From assembly GCA_001766815.1 (NCBI GenBank), contig LYOS01000002.1, forward strand, positions 39,777 through 103,776: DNA of 64,000 bases, given 5' to 3'. The stretch is from Candidatus Syntropharchaeum caldarium (GTDB taxonomy: Archaea; Halobacteriota; Syntropharchaeia; Syntropharchaeales; Syntropharchaeaceae). Shown one piece after another: positions 49,501-58,490 of this stretch; positions within the stretch are counted from its first letter, which is position 1; every line of letters starts with the position of its first letter. A model generated the notes under the pieces. The model saw nothing but the letters and a program-made list of their open reading frames with translations. It had not been told where the DNA came from and made no database searches. The position numbers and the translations under genes were made by a program.

Positions 49501-50482
49501 GATACTCAAAGGAACGGGGACAGGTGGATATGAACTGACCGTCACGGGCGAGGATGATGATGGTGTACTCACCAGTGAGACCGTTGCTGGAAATATCACA
49601 GCAGGTGAGATCCATGATGCAACCGCAGCGGTTAACACCACAGACATCACAAACATCACGATAGCACTCGAAGATGAGCCAGAGCCAACGATCAATGCAG
49701 ACGGAGTTGATAATGTCACACTCGCTGATCTCTATCCTGATATCGATGAGGTTGATATCGACCCCCTCGATCCTGAGACGATCGATACCACAGGGATGCC
49801 AGATATTGCCATTCACACCGCCTACATGGTCAACGCCTCAGGAGATGGTGAGTACACACTGAGGTTTGAGGATGTGGAGAACGCTGAGCTTATCACTGCA
49901 GTCTATAAGATCAATGAAGAGGGTGAATGGATCGAGCTTCCAGCAGTGATCAATGGATCGAGAGTTGAGGTTACGATGGAAGCAGGTGATCCACCGGTTA
50001 TTTTTGCATATCCAGCACCAGAAACACCGACTACAGATGACACAAACACCGCATCAACAGGTGGTAGTGGTGGTGGGGGCGGCGGAGGTGCAGGCCCGAA
50101 GGACTCAGATGGTGATGGTGTACCCGATCGTCAGGAGCAGCTTGATGGGACAGATCCTCTCAACCCTGATACAGATCATGATGGACTGAACGACTTTGAG
50201 GAGCGTGTGGCAGGAACAGACCCGAACAATCCTGATACCGATGGTGACGGAATAATCGATGGTGAAGATCCGGATCCAGCGATTATGAACTTCACACAGA
50301 AGGTGAAGAAGACCTTCTCTGATATTTCAGATACCATCTTTAGATCGGGTTCAGAGAATGCGCCGGTACCATCTTCAGAGAGCGGTGCAGAAGAGAAGAC
50401 GCCAGGGTTTGGAAGCTTTGCCTGGATCGTAGCAGTTCTTGCTATGGGGTATCTGGTAAGAAGGGAAAAAGTTGAAAAATAG
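43580..50482 (+). CDS. giant (2300 aa) cell-surface multiheme c-type cytochrome with PGF-CTERM anchor
   Basis: Signal peptide. At least 17 canonical CxxCH motifs plus CX5CH/CX8CH variants. Internal duplication of a heme-rich module. Two discoidin-like domains, five or more roughly 100-aa beta-sandwich repeats (…SNRATNAPY…), an Ig/CARDB-like domain, a poly-Gly linker, TSP3-type DxDxDG repeats, and a C-terminal [23 protein letters not shown] signal. Confidence 0.9.
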   Translation: MNEGMKKVKIFILVLLMIASPFSMLTAGAAIDGSKHDFTFESELTPNGACSACHEWRTMTWARNLSEEEAYFNQTEDPNYVHDPTIKCYDCHSGTAADNDPSYTLFINTTLGRYIPQDVAFDANMKGNDLSYDSSPSDDETGYYESSTSGHYIKTNATGLTNIEPGDKLPCTDCHEPHETEPTNEVFIKGSSEYPLGGKVVSNLKASTNTRSGTGTGREICAVCHGYSDSGIAVRFVDVNPLYGSTDRIVQTPSTVSQHAENDSTPCTDCHSHSTPASYFVGISSHNTHLTAEFGPKISSCTGADGCHSEGNFSRFNDNLTLSATHACDNCHSPNGTYNGVTLAKASWEEGVYNGTDLKSSKEKWCASCHDKEPASSMGNGSGINAPNIVGMNLSGSWQSPVAIITNQTENVSDATNLLDGDVETGASVSGASQIVFDLGESTEVSHIRLYTSASSTVKWEVYGSNDLSNWTRILYGQDVIFSAPAWLTGEDEGWDESRVDRIIPVRYIKLYKRSPWPVGSGSQREFEYKADIRYGYYTTGHKIACTNCHNRSSAHIDGTSQTYNTTLDNYQTGFRLKYLEVENETVPSLEIPRVDCNWGDYPKTSNDFALCFSCHNKYNLLGDASGTGDYHKDPPQTNFRNNTTNAHLIHLQGRGYCGNNPDWDSDWNGTADSPQSCTACHNVHGSPAPAMTRHGELVSINDTLEKAPLLNLKYINADGELDHNLSDATQSIGGRTQFYGAGPGNVAKNKVCNMCHNDQITYYRTPVPPTVTCGNGSGTGGCHSPTAYSSSAAGSHNTHLTAPRGPNITSCTGADGCHKGNHTGLFNDGLPLSTTHRCDNCHSPNGTYDGVNDSTIGAKPNWENGVYNNSTTLKSGKEKWCAGCHDDEPAYSKAEYSEVIVDNTEASFAGSWSTSSHSTDYGSNYRYNGAGSGTETATWTPNLPESGNYSVYAWWPIYVSGRATNAPYTVYYSSGSETVRVNHKAGGGGWNYIGTWNFSAGTSGYVVLSDDADGIVMADAIRFVKGGNATYAPNIIGDNTSYGFYATGHGRSGVVDCLSCHDSDKTHIDGIQRTYEANETTGDAITPYNNSYRLKDLDGLPAMVMPRKTTSTFNMQAYWRDFNLCFDCHNRFEVLGETSSDISNTNFWNNDSSISNSHWLHLGIDSKHFDSDYDSSADSRESCIACHNVHGSPTGPMIRHGELISYPSTANKEPAHNFYYLLPGDGSATARFTPTLAGGTYDIYAWWSSHSNRATNAKYIIYHDGGSAEVIVNQEENGSQWNLLGEYNITTSNGTVVLTSDGANEYIMADGIQWNRTDGGDTVYVDEPDATYTGSWTVETSNPDKYYGDSTRYYYAPIRNATANVNKSTGGTFYVSGVITANHLCQMCHSNVQYNRDPYTGPRVPYSDATPDNISNFESNTVTFTAFVTDVDENIANVTIDLSSFGGNVSQRMYDDGTHGDTKANDGVYSYQFTVPAGVDDGPRSITVTATDDDGNSGEGLIDLTVYQPGALIIDDEDASFTGTWGESTADETTYGTGYRWHASGTGSNTATWSVNITTAGNYTVYARWVTGSNRATDAPYTINYEGGNETVRVSQRIKGGKWNRLGNYYFDVGEYSVVLTDDADNYVIADAIKLESEAPPAYHPWPIADNPDAEYNGTGWYTGTADSGYYGSDFYYHASGTGENTATWTLAVPEAGKYDVYAWWADGSNRATNAPYMINYEGGSETVRVSQKINGGKWNLLGTYSFNAGNYSIVLSDDADGFIIADAVKFELNQSVWLTPSSIQCTNLTNASLLIDNSTSTANALDTGDEQYVVFDLGARYTVPSIKMYTDGSGNYTWDVYMGDNISDPACCNHSSWGTPVLENWTPSTSGWNEVNLTTPATARYIKLMRNDTGDDLAADSLYEFMFDPPTATLTFELHSYADMHIYDPEDRHLGMNYTTGEIENQIPGAVYDFGDVQTATLPKLAVGEYRVILKGTGTGGYELTVTGEDDDGVLTSETVAGNITAGEIHDATAAVNTTDITNITIALEDEPEPTINADGVDNVTLADLYPDIDEVDIDPLDPETIDTTGMPDIAIHTAYMVNASGDGEYTLRFEDVENAELITAVYKINEEGEWIELPAVINGSRVEVTMEAGDPPVIFAYPAPETPTTDDTNTASTGGSGGGGGGGAGPKDSDGDGVPDRQEQLDGTDPLNPDTDHDGLNDFEERVAGTDPNNPDTDGDGIIDGEDPDPAIMNFTQKVKKTFSDISDTIFRSGSENAPVPSSESGAEEKTPGFGSFAWIVAVLAMGYLVRREKVEK

Positions 50483-50503
50483 AAAAGGCTGGATTCACTT
50501 AAA

Positions 50504-51814
50504 TTAAAATATCTGCTGTGGAGGAGTGTTAGCTCCTCCCGGTGTTGTATTCTCAAAGATTGCAAAGTCGTTGCTATCAACGTCTGTATCCATGCCATCG
50601 GGGTATCTGCCTGCAGACGCACCATCTTCTGGTGCCTCAGCATTGTCTGAAACGTCGCCATCATCGAAGTCACCGTATGTAACTCTATCGATCACATTCC
50701 CGCCATTTTTCAGGATGATGGTATCTCCGCCATTGTTGAGTCCGAACGAGAAATCAGTGGACTTGTTCAGCAGCAAGAACCCATTTGCAGGTATTGTTTT
50801 TCCGTTTAGACTTGCAGGTGAAGCAGTGTTATCCTCGATCGTCCAGTCATCAAGCGAAATATCCTCGTCCATCAGGTTGTAGAGTTCGATCCATTCTGAA
50901 TCACCTGGTAAAGGATCTGAAAGAAACTCATTCACAACAACCTTCGGGACAGCATCACCCGCTTCGATCGTAAATGTCCCATCAACCACCCTATGTGTGA
51001 TCTCATCCACACCGTCTGTGAGTGATATAACCGTAAGATCGAGTGGGCTTGTGTCACCAATAGCCCCAACTGCTTCAAAGGTAATCTGAGCAAAGACCAC
51101 ATCGCCTGTAAGGCTCGTTGGGAAGTTGAGGGCTGTGTACTGGATAGATCCAGCGCTGTTGTTGATATCTCTATATAGCGGGAAGTTGAACTCGCCATCG
51201 GCAACATCAAGCACCTGCACGACATCTGGGTCGAAGTTCAGGATGATGTTTGCTCCCAGTCCCTGGTAGAGGTTCTCGATCATGATCGGAACTGTGGTAG
51301 TCTCACCTGCTTCACAGCTTAGATTCTCTATCGATACGATCGTATCAAGCACGGTAAATGTCCCGTCAACCACTGTATGCGTGATCTCATCCATGCCGTC
51401 TGTGAGTGATGTAACCGTAAGATCGAGCGGGCTTGTGTCACCACCCTCACCAACTGCCTCAAAAGTTACCTCTGCAAAGACCACATCGCCTGTAAGGCTC
51501 GTTGGGAAGTTGAATGCCGCGTACTGCACATATCCTGCCTCATTATCGATCTGGCTATAAACCGGGAAGTTGAAATCACTTCCATCTATATCAAGCACCT
51601 GCACGACATCTGGGTCGAAGTTCAGGATGATATTTGCTCCCAGTCCGCCATCAAGATTCTTGATTATGATTGGAACGGTCACACTCTCGCCTTTGCCAGC
51701 AGCCACATCCTCGATCGAGATGACCGTCTCTTCGTTTGCAGCTGCTGTAATTACAAGAGCTGATGCTACAATGAGTATGGCAACCACAGATGCAGCCAGT
51801 TTATGCCTCATCAT
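50504..51814 (-). CDS. secreted protein with two tandem cohesin domains and a C-terminal lamin-tail domain (LTD)
   Basis: Signal peptide. Two roughly 135-aa repeats of cohesin type (…GESVTVPIIIKNLDGGLGANIILNFDPDVVQVLD…FAEVTFEAVGEGGDTSPLDLTV…). C-terminal LTD (EFLSDPLPGDSEWIELYNLMDEDISLDDWTIED…). Confidence 0.65.
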   Translation of the reverse strand: MMRHKLAASVVAILIVASALVITAAANEETVISIEDVAAGKGESVTVPIIIKNLDGGLGANIILNFDPDVVQVLDIDGSDFNFPVYSQIDNEAGYVQYAAFNFPTSLTGDVVFAEVTFEAVGEGGDTSPLDLTVTSLTDGMDEITHTVVDGTFTVLDTIVSIENLSCEAGETTTVPIMIENLYQGLGANIILNFDPDVVQVLDVADGEFNFPLYRDINNSAGSIQYTALNFPTSLTGDVVFAQITFEAVGAIGDTSPLDLTVISLTDGVDEITHRVVDGTFTIEAGDAVPKVVVNEFLSDPLPGDSEWIELYNLMDEDISLDDWTIEDNTASPASLNGKTIPANGFLLLNKSTDFSFGLNNGGDTIILKNGGNVIDRVTYGDFDDGDVSDNAEAPEDGASAGRYPDGMDTDVDSNDFAIFENTTPGGANTPPQQIF

Positions 51815-51825
51815 GGTAAACCACC

Positions 51826-52737
51826 TCAGCGAAGCAGTTCATAGCCAGCAATCCCGTTAATATGTGATGCCAGATAGACCGCATCGAGCAGGTTGACAAC
51901 ACCGCTGCCATCAACGTCTGCAATTCTCTCGTTCAGGTCATATCCAGGGACCCCGAGTGCATAGCATCCAAGATACACAACGTCATCCTCATCCACATCA
52001 CCATCATCATCGACATCGCCGTTCTTTTTCACAGTGAGCTCAACACTGACCGATGTCTCTGAGAGACCGGGTGCATTTGTTGCGTTGACTGGCAGGAGAT
52101 ACGTACCTGGTGTGGTTCCATCACTTGCATTTGTTACAATTGTGTAAACACCTCCGCCAGTATCAGTCATCACTGCTTCACTATCTCCACCTATCTGAGA
52201 TAGATCGATCGTAACCGAATCGATAGCGCAGATATCGGTGACAGTAACAGATAGCTCTGCTTCTTCTCCCCAGAGAGGGGTATCATCCGTATCGTCAGGG
52301 ATTATCGCAGGATTTGCAGATGGATCTGTCACAAGTGGTGGTGCAACTCCGGTCAGATCAACTTTTCTCGGTGGCTGCATGCGCCCCCATTCTGCAGTCT
52401 CCTGTGCAGTCATCACCCTTCCATCAGGTAGCGTTATCACGAATGTAATTATCTTTCCACGATCATATAGCGTGCCTGTAACCGCCAGATAATTGAGATT
52501 GTTTCCATATTCTCCTTCAATACCTACTGTTGTAGTTCCTCTGAGTTCACCATCGATATACGCCTCTATGATTGTATCTGTGGGCGCGTCAACACCGTTA
52601 ACGCTCACATTTCCCCAGAATTTATTTGGTAGTGCTGGAGGAGGGGAAACCGCTGTTGCTGCTATCACACCAAGCAATAAGAGCAGGCTAATAATAAGAA
52701 TGCCTCCAGTTACCTTTTTCGTTACTTCTTTTTGCAT
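51826..52737 (-). CDS. secreted protein with N-terminal beta-domain, Ig/CARDB-like domain and C-terminal type-I-like dockerin
   Basis: Signal peptide from the internal Met (MQKEVTKKVTGGILIISLLLLLG); the track's 52797 start adds a non-signal extension. The dockerin duplicated F-hand is KNGDVDDDGDVDEDDVVYLGCYALG / ADVDGSGVVNLLDAVYLASHING. Confidence 0.65.
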   Translation of the reverse strand: MQKEVTKKVTGGILIISLLLLLGVIAATAVSPPPALPNKFWGNVSVNGVDAPTDTIIEAYIDGELRGTTTVGIEGEYGNNLNYLAVTGTLYDRGKIITFVITLPDGRVMTAQETAEWGRMQPPRKVDLTGVAPPLVTDPSANPAIIPDDTDDTPLWGEEAELSVTVTDICAIDSVTIDLSQIGGDSEAVMTDTGGGVYTIVTNASDGTTPGTYLLPVNATNAPGLSETSVSVELTVKKNGDVDDDGDVDEDDVVYLGCYALGVPGYDLNERIADVDGSGVVNLLDAVYLASHINGIAGYELLR

Positions 52738-53014
52738 ACACATGCCTCCATTCCTCGTGGTGGCCAACCTACATCTCTTCAAAAGCAGTCGCATCAAAAT
52801 GACAAAATGCCATAATTATTTGACATTTCTTGTACTGTTGGACTGCTATATGACCACCAGAAGCGCATCATCGTTTATACTATTTAAAACTATCGATCTC
52901 AAATATCGTTGTTCTGATGTGAATTTGACAGATGAATAAAAATACAAAAAGAACAAATAAGTCAATCATGGAAGTAATGATAAATTTAAATTGATAAGAC
53001 CCTGAACTGGATTA

Positions 53015-53704
53015 TTACAATACGATGAGTCCGTCGACCGCAAGCACACCCTTCTCATATCCGAGAAGTGGATTTATATCAAGCTCGGTTATCGCTTCGA
53101 ATGTCTCCATAATCGTTGCAACCTTCAATATAACATCAATAATCGCCTCAATATCGAGTGGGGGCATCCCCCTGAAACCATCAAGCACAGGCGCACCCTT
53201 GATCTCACGCACCATTCTGCGGGCTTCTTCTCGATCGATGGGAGGTATGCGAATCGATACATCATCGAGAATCTCGGTAAATACACCTCCAAGACCGAAA
53301 ATAAGTGCAGGACCAAATGTTGGATCTCGTTTTGAGCCCACAAGAAGCTCCTGACCCGCTTCTGCCATCTCCTGCACGAGAAATGCGAACTCAATTCCTT
53401 CTGCCAGCGCTTGCTCTCTGATATTGGAAGCTGCCAGCTCAAGTTCTGCCTCATCCCTGAGTCCCACGTACACACCACCAAAGTCTGATTTGTGACGCAC
53501 GTCAGGAGAAGAGATCTTTAAAACAAGTGGATAACCGATCTTTGCACCTGCTGCAATCGCATCTTCAATTGTTTCTGCAAGTATTTCTTCTGTTACGGGT
53601 ATTCCAGCTGCCCTAAAGATCTTCTTTGATTCATACTCTGTCAAAACTCTACCATTACCTGTCCCTACCCCTTCCAGCAGATTTTTTGCAACTTTCGATT
53701 GCAT
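53015..53704 (-). CDS. acetyl-CoA synthetase (ADP-forming) beta subunit / ATP-grasp domain
   Basis: 229 aa. KIGYPLVLKISSPDVRHKSDFGGV and the ATP-grasp fold of ADP-forming acetyl-CoA synthetase beta subunits. Confidence 0.75.
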   Translation of the reverse strand: MQSKVAKNLLEGVGTGNGRVLTEYESKKIFRAAGIPVTEEILAETIEDAIAAGAKIGYPLVLKISSPDVRHKSDFGGVYVGLRDEAELELAASNIREQALAEGIEFAFLVQEMAEAGQELLVGSKRDPTFGPALIFGLGGVFTEILDDVSIRIPPIDREEARRMVREIKGAPVLDGFRGMPPLDIEAIIDVILKVATIMETFEAITELDINPLLGYEKGVLAVDGLIVL

Positions 53705-53986
53705 TTAAACTTCAATACTTGCCAGGTCACGGGTGTCGTACCTGAGTTTATTCATATCGATGGTTACAACATCCTTTGCAGCTTTGACCGCCACAAATGG
53801 AATGCGTATAAAGTCACCCTCCATATCTAAACCACTTGTATCAAAACTTATATCTGGCTTTATAAGAATATTGATGAGTTCACCTGTTCGCATATCTGCT
53901 ATAACACTCTCAAGTTTCCCCACTTCAGTTCCATCAGTTGCCACAACCTTCTTTCCAGTAAGACCTTTTGCATAGATGCTTGGCAT
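53705..53986 (-). CDS. PRC-barrel domain protein
   Basis: 93 aa. GKKVVATDGTEVGKLESVIADMRTGELINILI matches the PRC barrel. Confidence 0.65.
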   Translation of the reverse strand: MPSIYAKGLTGKKVVATDGTEVGKLESVIADMRTGELINILIKPDISFDTSGLDMEGDFIRIPFVAVKAAKDVVTIDMNKLRYDTRDLASIEV

Positions 53987-54012
53987 CCAATCACCCCATA
54001 ATATGATGAACT

Positions 54013-56220
54013 CTATCCTATATAAGCGTTGGCTTCCACTGATCTCCTGCTGCCCCTGAAAATGCGTTCCATTCGCTCATAGAAGTCACGAGCATTCTCA
54101 TCCATCGTTGGCTTGACAATTGACAGTGCCTCTATAAAATGCCTCATCTTCACGCTGGTGGCGTCAAAATCCTCTCTCAGCGCTATAAGTCCTGCTTCTG
54201 TGCATAACGCCTCAATATCAGACCCCAGATAATCTTCTGTTAGATCTACAAGCTCACTGAGATTGACATCATCTGAAAGCGGCATAGAAGCAGTATGTAT
54301 CTGGAATATCTGCCTTCGATCCTCTTTTGATGGTGGCGATACAAAGATGATCCTGTCAAACCTACCAGGTCGCAAGATGGCAGGATCAATTGCATCATAG
54401 GATCGGTTCGTTGCAGCAAGCATAACAACTCCTTCAAGCCCCCTGATTCCATCCATCTCCGTTAGAAGCTGGTTCACAACCCGTTCTGATGTCTGTGACC
54501 CATTCATGCCTCTGGCGGGTGCTATTGCATCAATCTCATCGAAGAATATTATAGAGGGTGCAGCCTGCCTCGCCTTCCTGAATATCTCCCTTATTCCGCG
54601 TTCTGATTCTCCGAGCCACTTTGACAAGATCTCAGGACCATTGACCGCGATGAAGTTTGCAGATGACTCATGTGCGATAGCTTTGGCAATGAGTGTCTTG
54701 CCGCAACCGGGCGGACCGATCAAGAAGATGCCACCTGAAGTTTTAATTCCCATCCGTTCAAGATGCTCGGGGTATTTGATTGGCCACTCAACCATCTCAA
54801 TAAGCTTCTTCTTAACATCTTCAAGACCCCCAACATCCTTCCAACCAACCTTTGGCGTCTCGATAAGAACGTCTTTTATTATCGATGGTTCGAGATCGTT
54901 CAAAGCCATCTTGAAATCTTCGGACGTTACAACCAGTTCTTCAAGCCTCTCTTCAGGTATTGAATCGTCTTCAAGCTCGATCCCTGAGAGGAATCTTCTC
55001 AAAGCACACATCGCAGCTTCTCTGCAGACTGCCTCAAGATCTGCCCCGACATACCCGTGCAGCTTTTCCGAGAGCTTCGCAAGATCAACATCCTTCCCAA
55101 GCGGCATATTGCGGGTATGGACCTGTATGATCTCAAGGCGATCCTCATAATCAGGTACCTTGAGTTCGATCTCCCTATCAAATCTGCCAGGACGCCTCAG
55201 TGCGGGATCGATCGCGTTCAACCTGTTTGTCGCTCCGATCACAACGATCTCACCACGATCCACCAGCCCATCCATGATCGTTAGAAGCTGCGCAACCACC
55301 CTCCGTTCGACTTCTCCCGAAACTTCCTCGCGTTTTGGGGCAATTGAATCTATTTCATCAATAAAAATGATAGAGGGAGCATTTTCACGCGCTTTTTCGA
55401 ATACTTCTCGAAGGTGTTTCTCGGATTCACCGTAATACTTTGATACGATCTCCGGTCCTGCGATATCGAAGAAACTTGCGCCTGCTTCGTTAGCCACAGC
55501 TTTTGCGATCAGGGTCTTGCCACACCCGGGGGGACCATGCAGAATCACGCCTTTTGGGGGTTTCACGCCAAGTCGGTTGAATACCTCAGGGTGCTTGAAC
55601 GGCAGCTCTATCATCTCTCGGACTCGCTGTATCTCAGTTTTCAATCCACCAATATCCTCATAGGTGATTCCAGATAGGTTAAAATCTGTTTCAGCCTCGA
55701 TCGCGTCGGTGAGAAGTTCAACCTCTGTATCTGCTGTCACAACAACCGCGCCATCTGGTTCGAGATCGCGGACAACAAATGGCAGAAACTCACCAAGCGT
55801 TGTGTTACTCATTACAGGGATAATGTCCCCCTTGCAGAGCGCACGTTTCATGATCTGAGCATGTACAAGTTCTGTAACGTTCTTTCCACCAAAGACAACG
55901 TGACTTCCTTCAATTGGGGCAAGTTTGACACGAATTGCATTATTGATTTCCACTCGCCTCAGAACAACCCGCTCTCCGATCGCGACATTTGCATTCTCAC
56001 GAGTGTAACGATCGATCTTCACGATTCCTTTCTCCCAATCCTGTTTACTGAGCCTTGAAAGTCGTGCAACCGTCTTTCGTTTCCCCTCAATCTCGATAAC
56101 ATCCCCATAAGAGACTTTTAGATTGATCACGACATCGGGAGATACAGCTGCTCGCCCTCGCTCAAGATCTCTCGGATACGCCTTTGATACAATAAGATCT
56201 ACTTCTTCCTTCATTTTCAC
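54013..56220 (-). CDS. cdc48: CDC48/VCP-type AAA+ ATPase
   Basis: 735 aa. N-domain plus two AAA modules (GPPGCGKT twice, DEID Walker B, second-region-of-homology Arg fingers). Confidence 0.9.
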   Translation of the reverse strand: MKMKEEVDLIVSKAYPRDLERGRAAVSPDVVINLKVSYGDVIEIEGKRKTVARLSRLSKQDWEKGIVKIDRYTRENANVAIGERVVLRRVEINNAIRVKLAPIEGSHVVFGGKNVTELVHAQIMKRALCKGDIIPVMSNTTLGEFLPFVVRDLEPDGAVVVTADTEVELLTDAIEAETDFNLSGITYEDIGGLKTEIQRVREMIELPFKHPEVFNRLGVKPPKGVILHGPPGCGKTLIAKAVANEAGASFFDIAGPEIVSKYYGESEKHLREVFEKARENAPSIIFIDEIDSIAPKREEVSGEVERRVVAQLLTIMDGLVDRGEIVVIGATNRLNAIDPALRRPGRFDREIELKVPDYEDRLEIIQVHTRNMPLGKDVDLAKLSEKLHGYVGADLEAVCREAAMCALRRFLSGIELEDDSIPEERLEELVVTSEDFKMALNDLEPSIIKDVLIETPKVGWKDVGGLEDVKKKLIEMVEWPIKYPEHLERMGIKTSGGIFLIGPPGCGKTLIAKAIAHESSANFIAVNGPEILSKWLGESERGIREIFRKARQAAPSIIFFDEIDAIAPARGMNGSQTSERVVNQLLTEMDGIRGLEGVVMLAATNRSYDAIDPAILRPGRFDRIIFVSPPSKEDRRQIFQIHTASMPLSDDVNLSELVDLTEDYLGSDIEALCTEAGLIALREDFDATSVKMRHFIEALSIVKPTMDENARDFYERMERIFRGSRRSVEANAYIG

Positions 56221-57296
56221 CCCTCAAACAAACTCTTCTGATAGCTTTTTATTCGTTTAACTGCATCCTCTGCTATCGCCGGATTTATCTCGTACCCAGC
56301 ACCATCCCGTTTCAAATCCCTTGCAGCAACCAGAGTCGTTCCTGAGCCCAGAAAAGGATCAAGCACCGTCTCTCCGATGAAACTGTATGCCTTTATTAGC
56401 CTGTAAGGCAGTTCATAAGGAAATGGTGCAACATGATCCCGTCTATCTCCACTTCCCTCTGGATTTATCAACCACACATCACTCTTCTTAAGCGAGAGCC
56501 AGAACTCTTTATCGAGCTTTGATGCTTCCTTTGCTTCAGGAGTGAGGTGTGCGTACTTTCTATAACCTGCTGGAGATGGCTTCTCAAACTCAAGGATAAA
56601 CTCATGGGCATGATTCAAAAGGATACCACCAGGATAGGGGTACGTCCCAAAATGCGCCCTTACCGAGTTTGTCTTATGCCAGATAATATCCCGTTTGAAG
56701 ATGAATCCGATCCTCTCACAGAGGTCGATCGTTCTTCCCACAAGATTTAAAGTTTTAAAACTCCCCTCTGTCCTTATCGGCAGGTTCATGATATTGATAA
56801 ATGCCTTTCTTCCGGGCTGTAAAACCCTGAAGACCTCCTCCCAGACATTGCTGATCTCATCAAACCATTCATCCAGGTCATGAATATCGCCAAGATCGCT
56901 CTCTATAGGCTCTCTGGAGTACATCTTTGCATTAAAATACGGTGGAGAGGTTACCATTAAGTGTATCGAGTTATCCTCTATCTCAGACATCACCTGTGCA
57001 TTCCTGACATAGATACGTTGACTGGTCCCGTTGACCTCAATGACGCTGGTTTCGCCGAGCACACTGCCTGTTTCATTCCTGCTAAACCCCTCGACTTCAA
57101 TTTTCTGTAACGCATCAAGTGTGAATCGATATTGTCCACTGGCTGATCTGTACGTCTCTATGGCATTTCGCTTAACAAGCTCATGGAGGTTACTCACCGA
57201 TATTCCAAGATATTTTGCAGCTTCTCCTGATGATAGGTAACTTCTATTCCTATAATCTGTTATCATCGCTTTATGACTATTTTTATCTCTTTCCAC
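56217..57296 (-). CDS. DNA methyltransferase (beta-class N4-C/N6-A, SPPY...DPFLGSGTT order) with N-terminal HTH DNA-binding domain
   Basis: Motif IV SPPY precedes motif I FLDPFLGSGTT. N-terminal MerR/excisionase-like HTH (YLSSGEAAKYLGISVSNLHELV). 4-nt overlap with cdc48. The start may instead be the internal Met at 57266. Confidence 0.75.
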   Translation of the reverse strand: MERDKNSHKAMITDYRNRSYLSSGEAAKYLGISVSNLHELVKRNAIETYRSASGQYRFTLDALQKIEVEGFSRNETGSVLGETSVIEVNGTSQRIYVRNAQVMSEIEDNSIHLMVTSPPYFNAKMYSREPIESDLGDIHDLDEWFDEISNVWEEVFRVLQPGRKAFINIMNLPIRTEGSFKTLNLVGRTIDLCERIGFIFKRDIIWHKTNSVRAHFGTYPYPGGILLNHAHEFILEFEKPSPAGYRKYAHLTPEAKEASKLDKEFWLSLKKSDVWLINPEGSGDRRDHVAPFPYELPYRLIKAYSFIGETVLDPFLGSGTTLVAARDLKRDGAGYEINPAIAEDAVKRIKSYQKSLFEG

Positions 57297-57427
57297 TCTT
57301 TATCAACGCCATTGAGTTCCCCCACAAAGCCGCCAATAACGCCAAGTGTCAGTCTTCTAACAAATGGATTTGTATCAATCTCCTGTCCGTCAGCAACAAT
57401 CGTAACCTCAATATCCTTCTCATCCAT
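57254..57427 (-). CDS. small (57 aa) hypothetical ORF between the methyltransferase and moaA
   Basis: MDEKDIEVTIVADGQEIDTNPFVRRLTLGVIGGFVGELNGVDKEWKEIKIVIKR. Not in the track (under 60 aa). Overlaps the methyltransferase N-terminus as annotated. Could be spurious. Confidence 0.2.
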
Positions 57428-57444
57428 GATGACTCCCCCTCGTT

Positions 57445-58392
57445 TTATCCTTTAAAGAACGGTTCTCTCAGAGCCAGTGATCTCATAAATGCGTCCATGA
57501 TGGCATCATTTCCCAGATCCTCGATCGCAACGAGGTTATCATCCCTCAGGAGACATGGTTTAAACTTTCCGTCAGATGTCACCCTCAATCGGTTGCAGTT
57601 TGCGCAAAACTCCGAGTTATCCATCGGACGCACCACTTCCACCTCTACTTCATCTATTAAATACTTTCGCCTGTGGTGCATCGTTCTACACCTGATTGAA
57701 TCACATTTAAGAGCAAGTTCGCTTTCAATCGCCTTCATGTTACCCCTCAGTTCTTCAATTCCGTTAAAATCAAGCAGTTCAATGAGCTGAAGTATCACCG
57801 ATCCCTTACCCCAGCGGGCATTGAGTTTGCGGATGTATTCCACCACATCCCAGATCTCATCATCGTTGATACCCTGTAGCAACACAAAATTGAGTTTAAG
57901 TGGAGAGAATCCAAGTTCACATGCCCTGTTAATCCCTGCAAGGGTGCGAGCAAGCATTTTTCCAGGTGCACCGGTAATCCGCGCATATCGCTCAGCCCTC
58001 AATGTATCAAGACTCACGTTTATACGAAGTCCACAAGCTGGAAGCGATGGTGCGACATCTTCAAGGAGTGTGCCATTTGTTGTGAGTGAGATATCACTTA
58101 ACGCTGGCAACGCTGCAAGAATCTCCGGGAGGTCATCTCTGAGGAGTGGTTCCCCTCCTGAAAACTTGACTCGATCAATACCAGCAGTAGTTTTCAGTAC
58201 CTCAACGATCTTTACAACCATCTCTGCGCTGATCTCGTCATTCTGCTTCTTATTATTATGATTCTCACCTTCGTGGTGACAGTACAGGCAATTGAGGTTA
58301 CATCGCTGGGTAAGTGATATCCTGAGGCTCCTTATCTGCCGACCATACAGGTCACAGAATATCCGAGGTTGTTTCATCGTATCAGCGCGCAT
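57445..58392 (-). CDS. moaA: GTP 3',8-cyclase MoaA (molybdenum cofactor biosynthesis radical SAM)
   Basis: CNLNCLYCHHEGE radical SAM motif, a C-terminal second cluster (CANCNRLRVTSDGKFKPCL). 315 aa. Confidence 0.9.
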   Translation of the reverse strand: MRADTMKQPRIFCDLYGRQIRSLRISLTQRCNLNCLYCHHEGENHNNKKQNDEISAEMVVKIVEVLKTTAGIDRVKFSGGEPLLRDDLPEILAALPALSDISLTTNGTLLEDVAPSLPACGLRINVSLDTLRAERYARITGAPGKMLARTLAGINRACELGFSPLKLNFVLLQGINDDEIWDVVEYIRKLNARWGKGSVILQLIELLDFNGIEELRGNMKAIESELALKCDSIRCRTMHHRRKYLIDEVEVEVVRPMDNSEFCANCNRLRVTSDGKFKPCLLRDDNLVAIEDLGNDAIMDAFMRSLALREPFFKG

Positions 58393-58490
58393 GCTCTACA
58401 TCAGCTGATTGGAAGACGTTACATAAAAATATTATTAAAAATGACCTGTACGGATAACATTTATCAGCTATCTGCAGATTAAGTTAATAG

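Noticed and set aside
44984-49816. Multiple minus-strand ORFs (e.g. 49343..49816, 47909..48208) inside the giant cytochrome gene
   Set aside because: Shadow ORFs within a continuous 6.9-kb coding frame whose translation carries coherent domain structure. None has motifs.
50040-50300. Short DNA repeats near the cytochrome 3' end, considered as a CRISPR-like array or VNTR
   Set aside because: They are imperfect, in-frame codon repeats. They encode a Gly9 linker and TSP3-type DxDxDG calcium-binding repeats within the protein. There are no spacers or regular periodicity.
50519-50539. Hairpin tggaggagtgttagctcctcc 37 nt downstream of the cytochrome stop, considered as a terminator
   Set aside because: It lies inside the last codons of the convergent cohesin gene. 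Archaeal termination generally relies on oligo-T tracts, which are absent here. Could still be bidirectional, but unsupported.
52493-52939. Plus-strand 148-aa ORF overlapping the dockerin-protein gene and its promoter region
   Set aside because: Antisense to a gene with signal peptide + dockerin. The translation is low complexity.
57215-58261. Plus-strand ORFs (57215..57790, 57821..58261) opposite moaA
   Set aside because: Antisense shadow ORFs of a strongly supported radical SAM MoaA gene. Ser/Leu-rich low-complexity translations.
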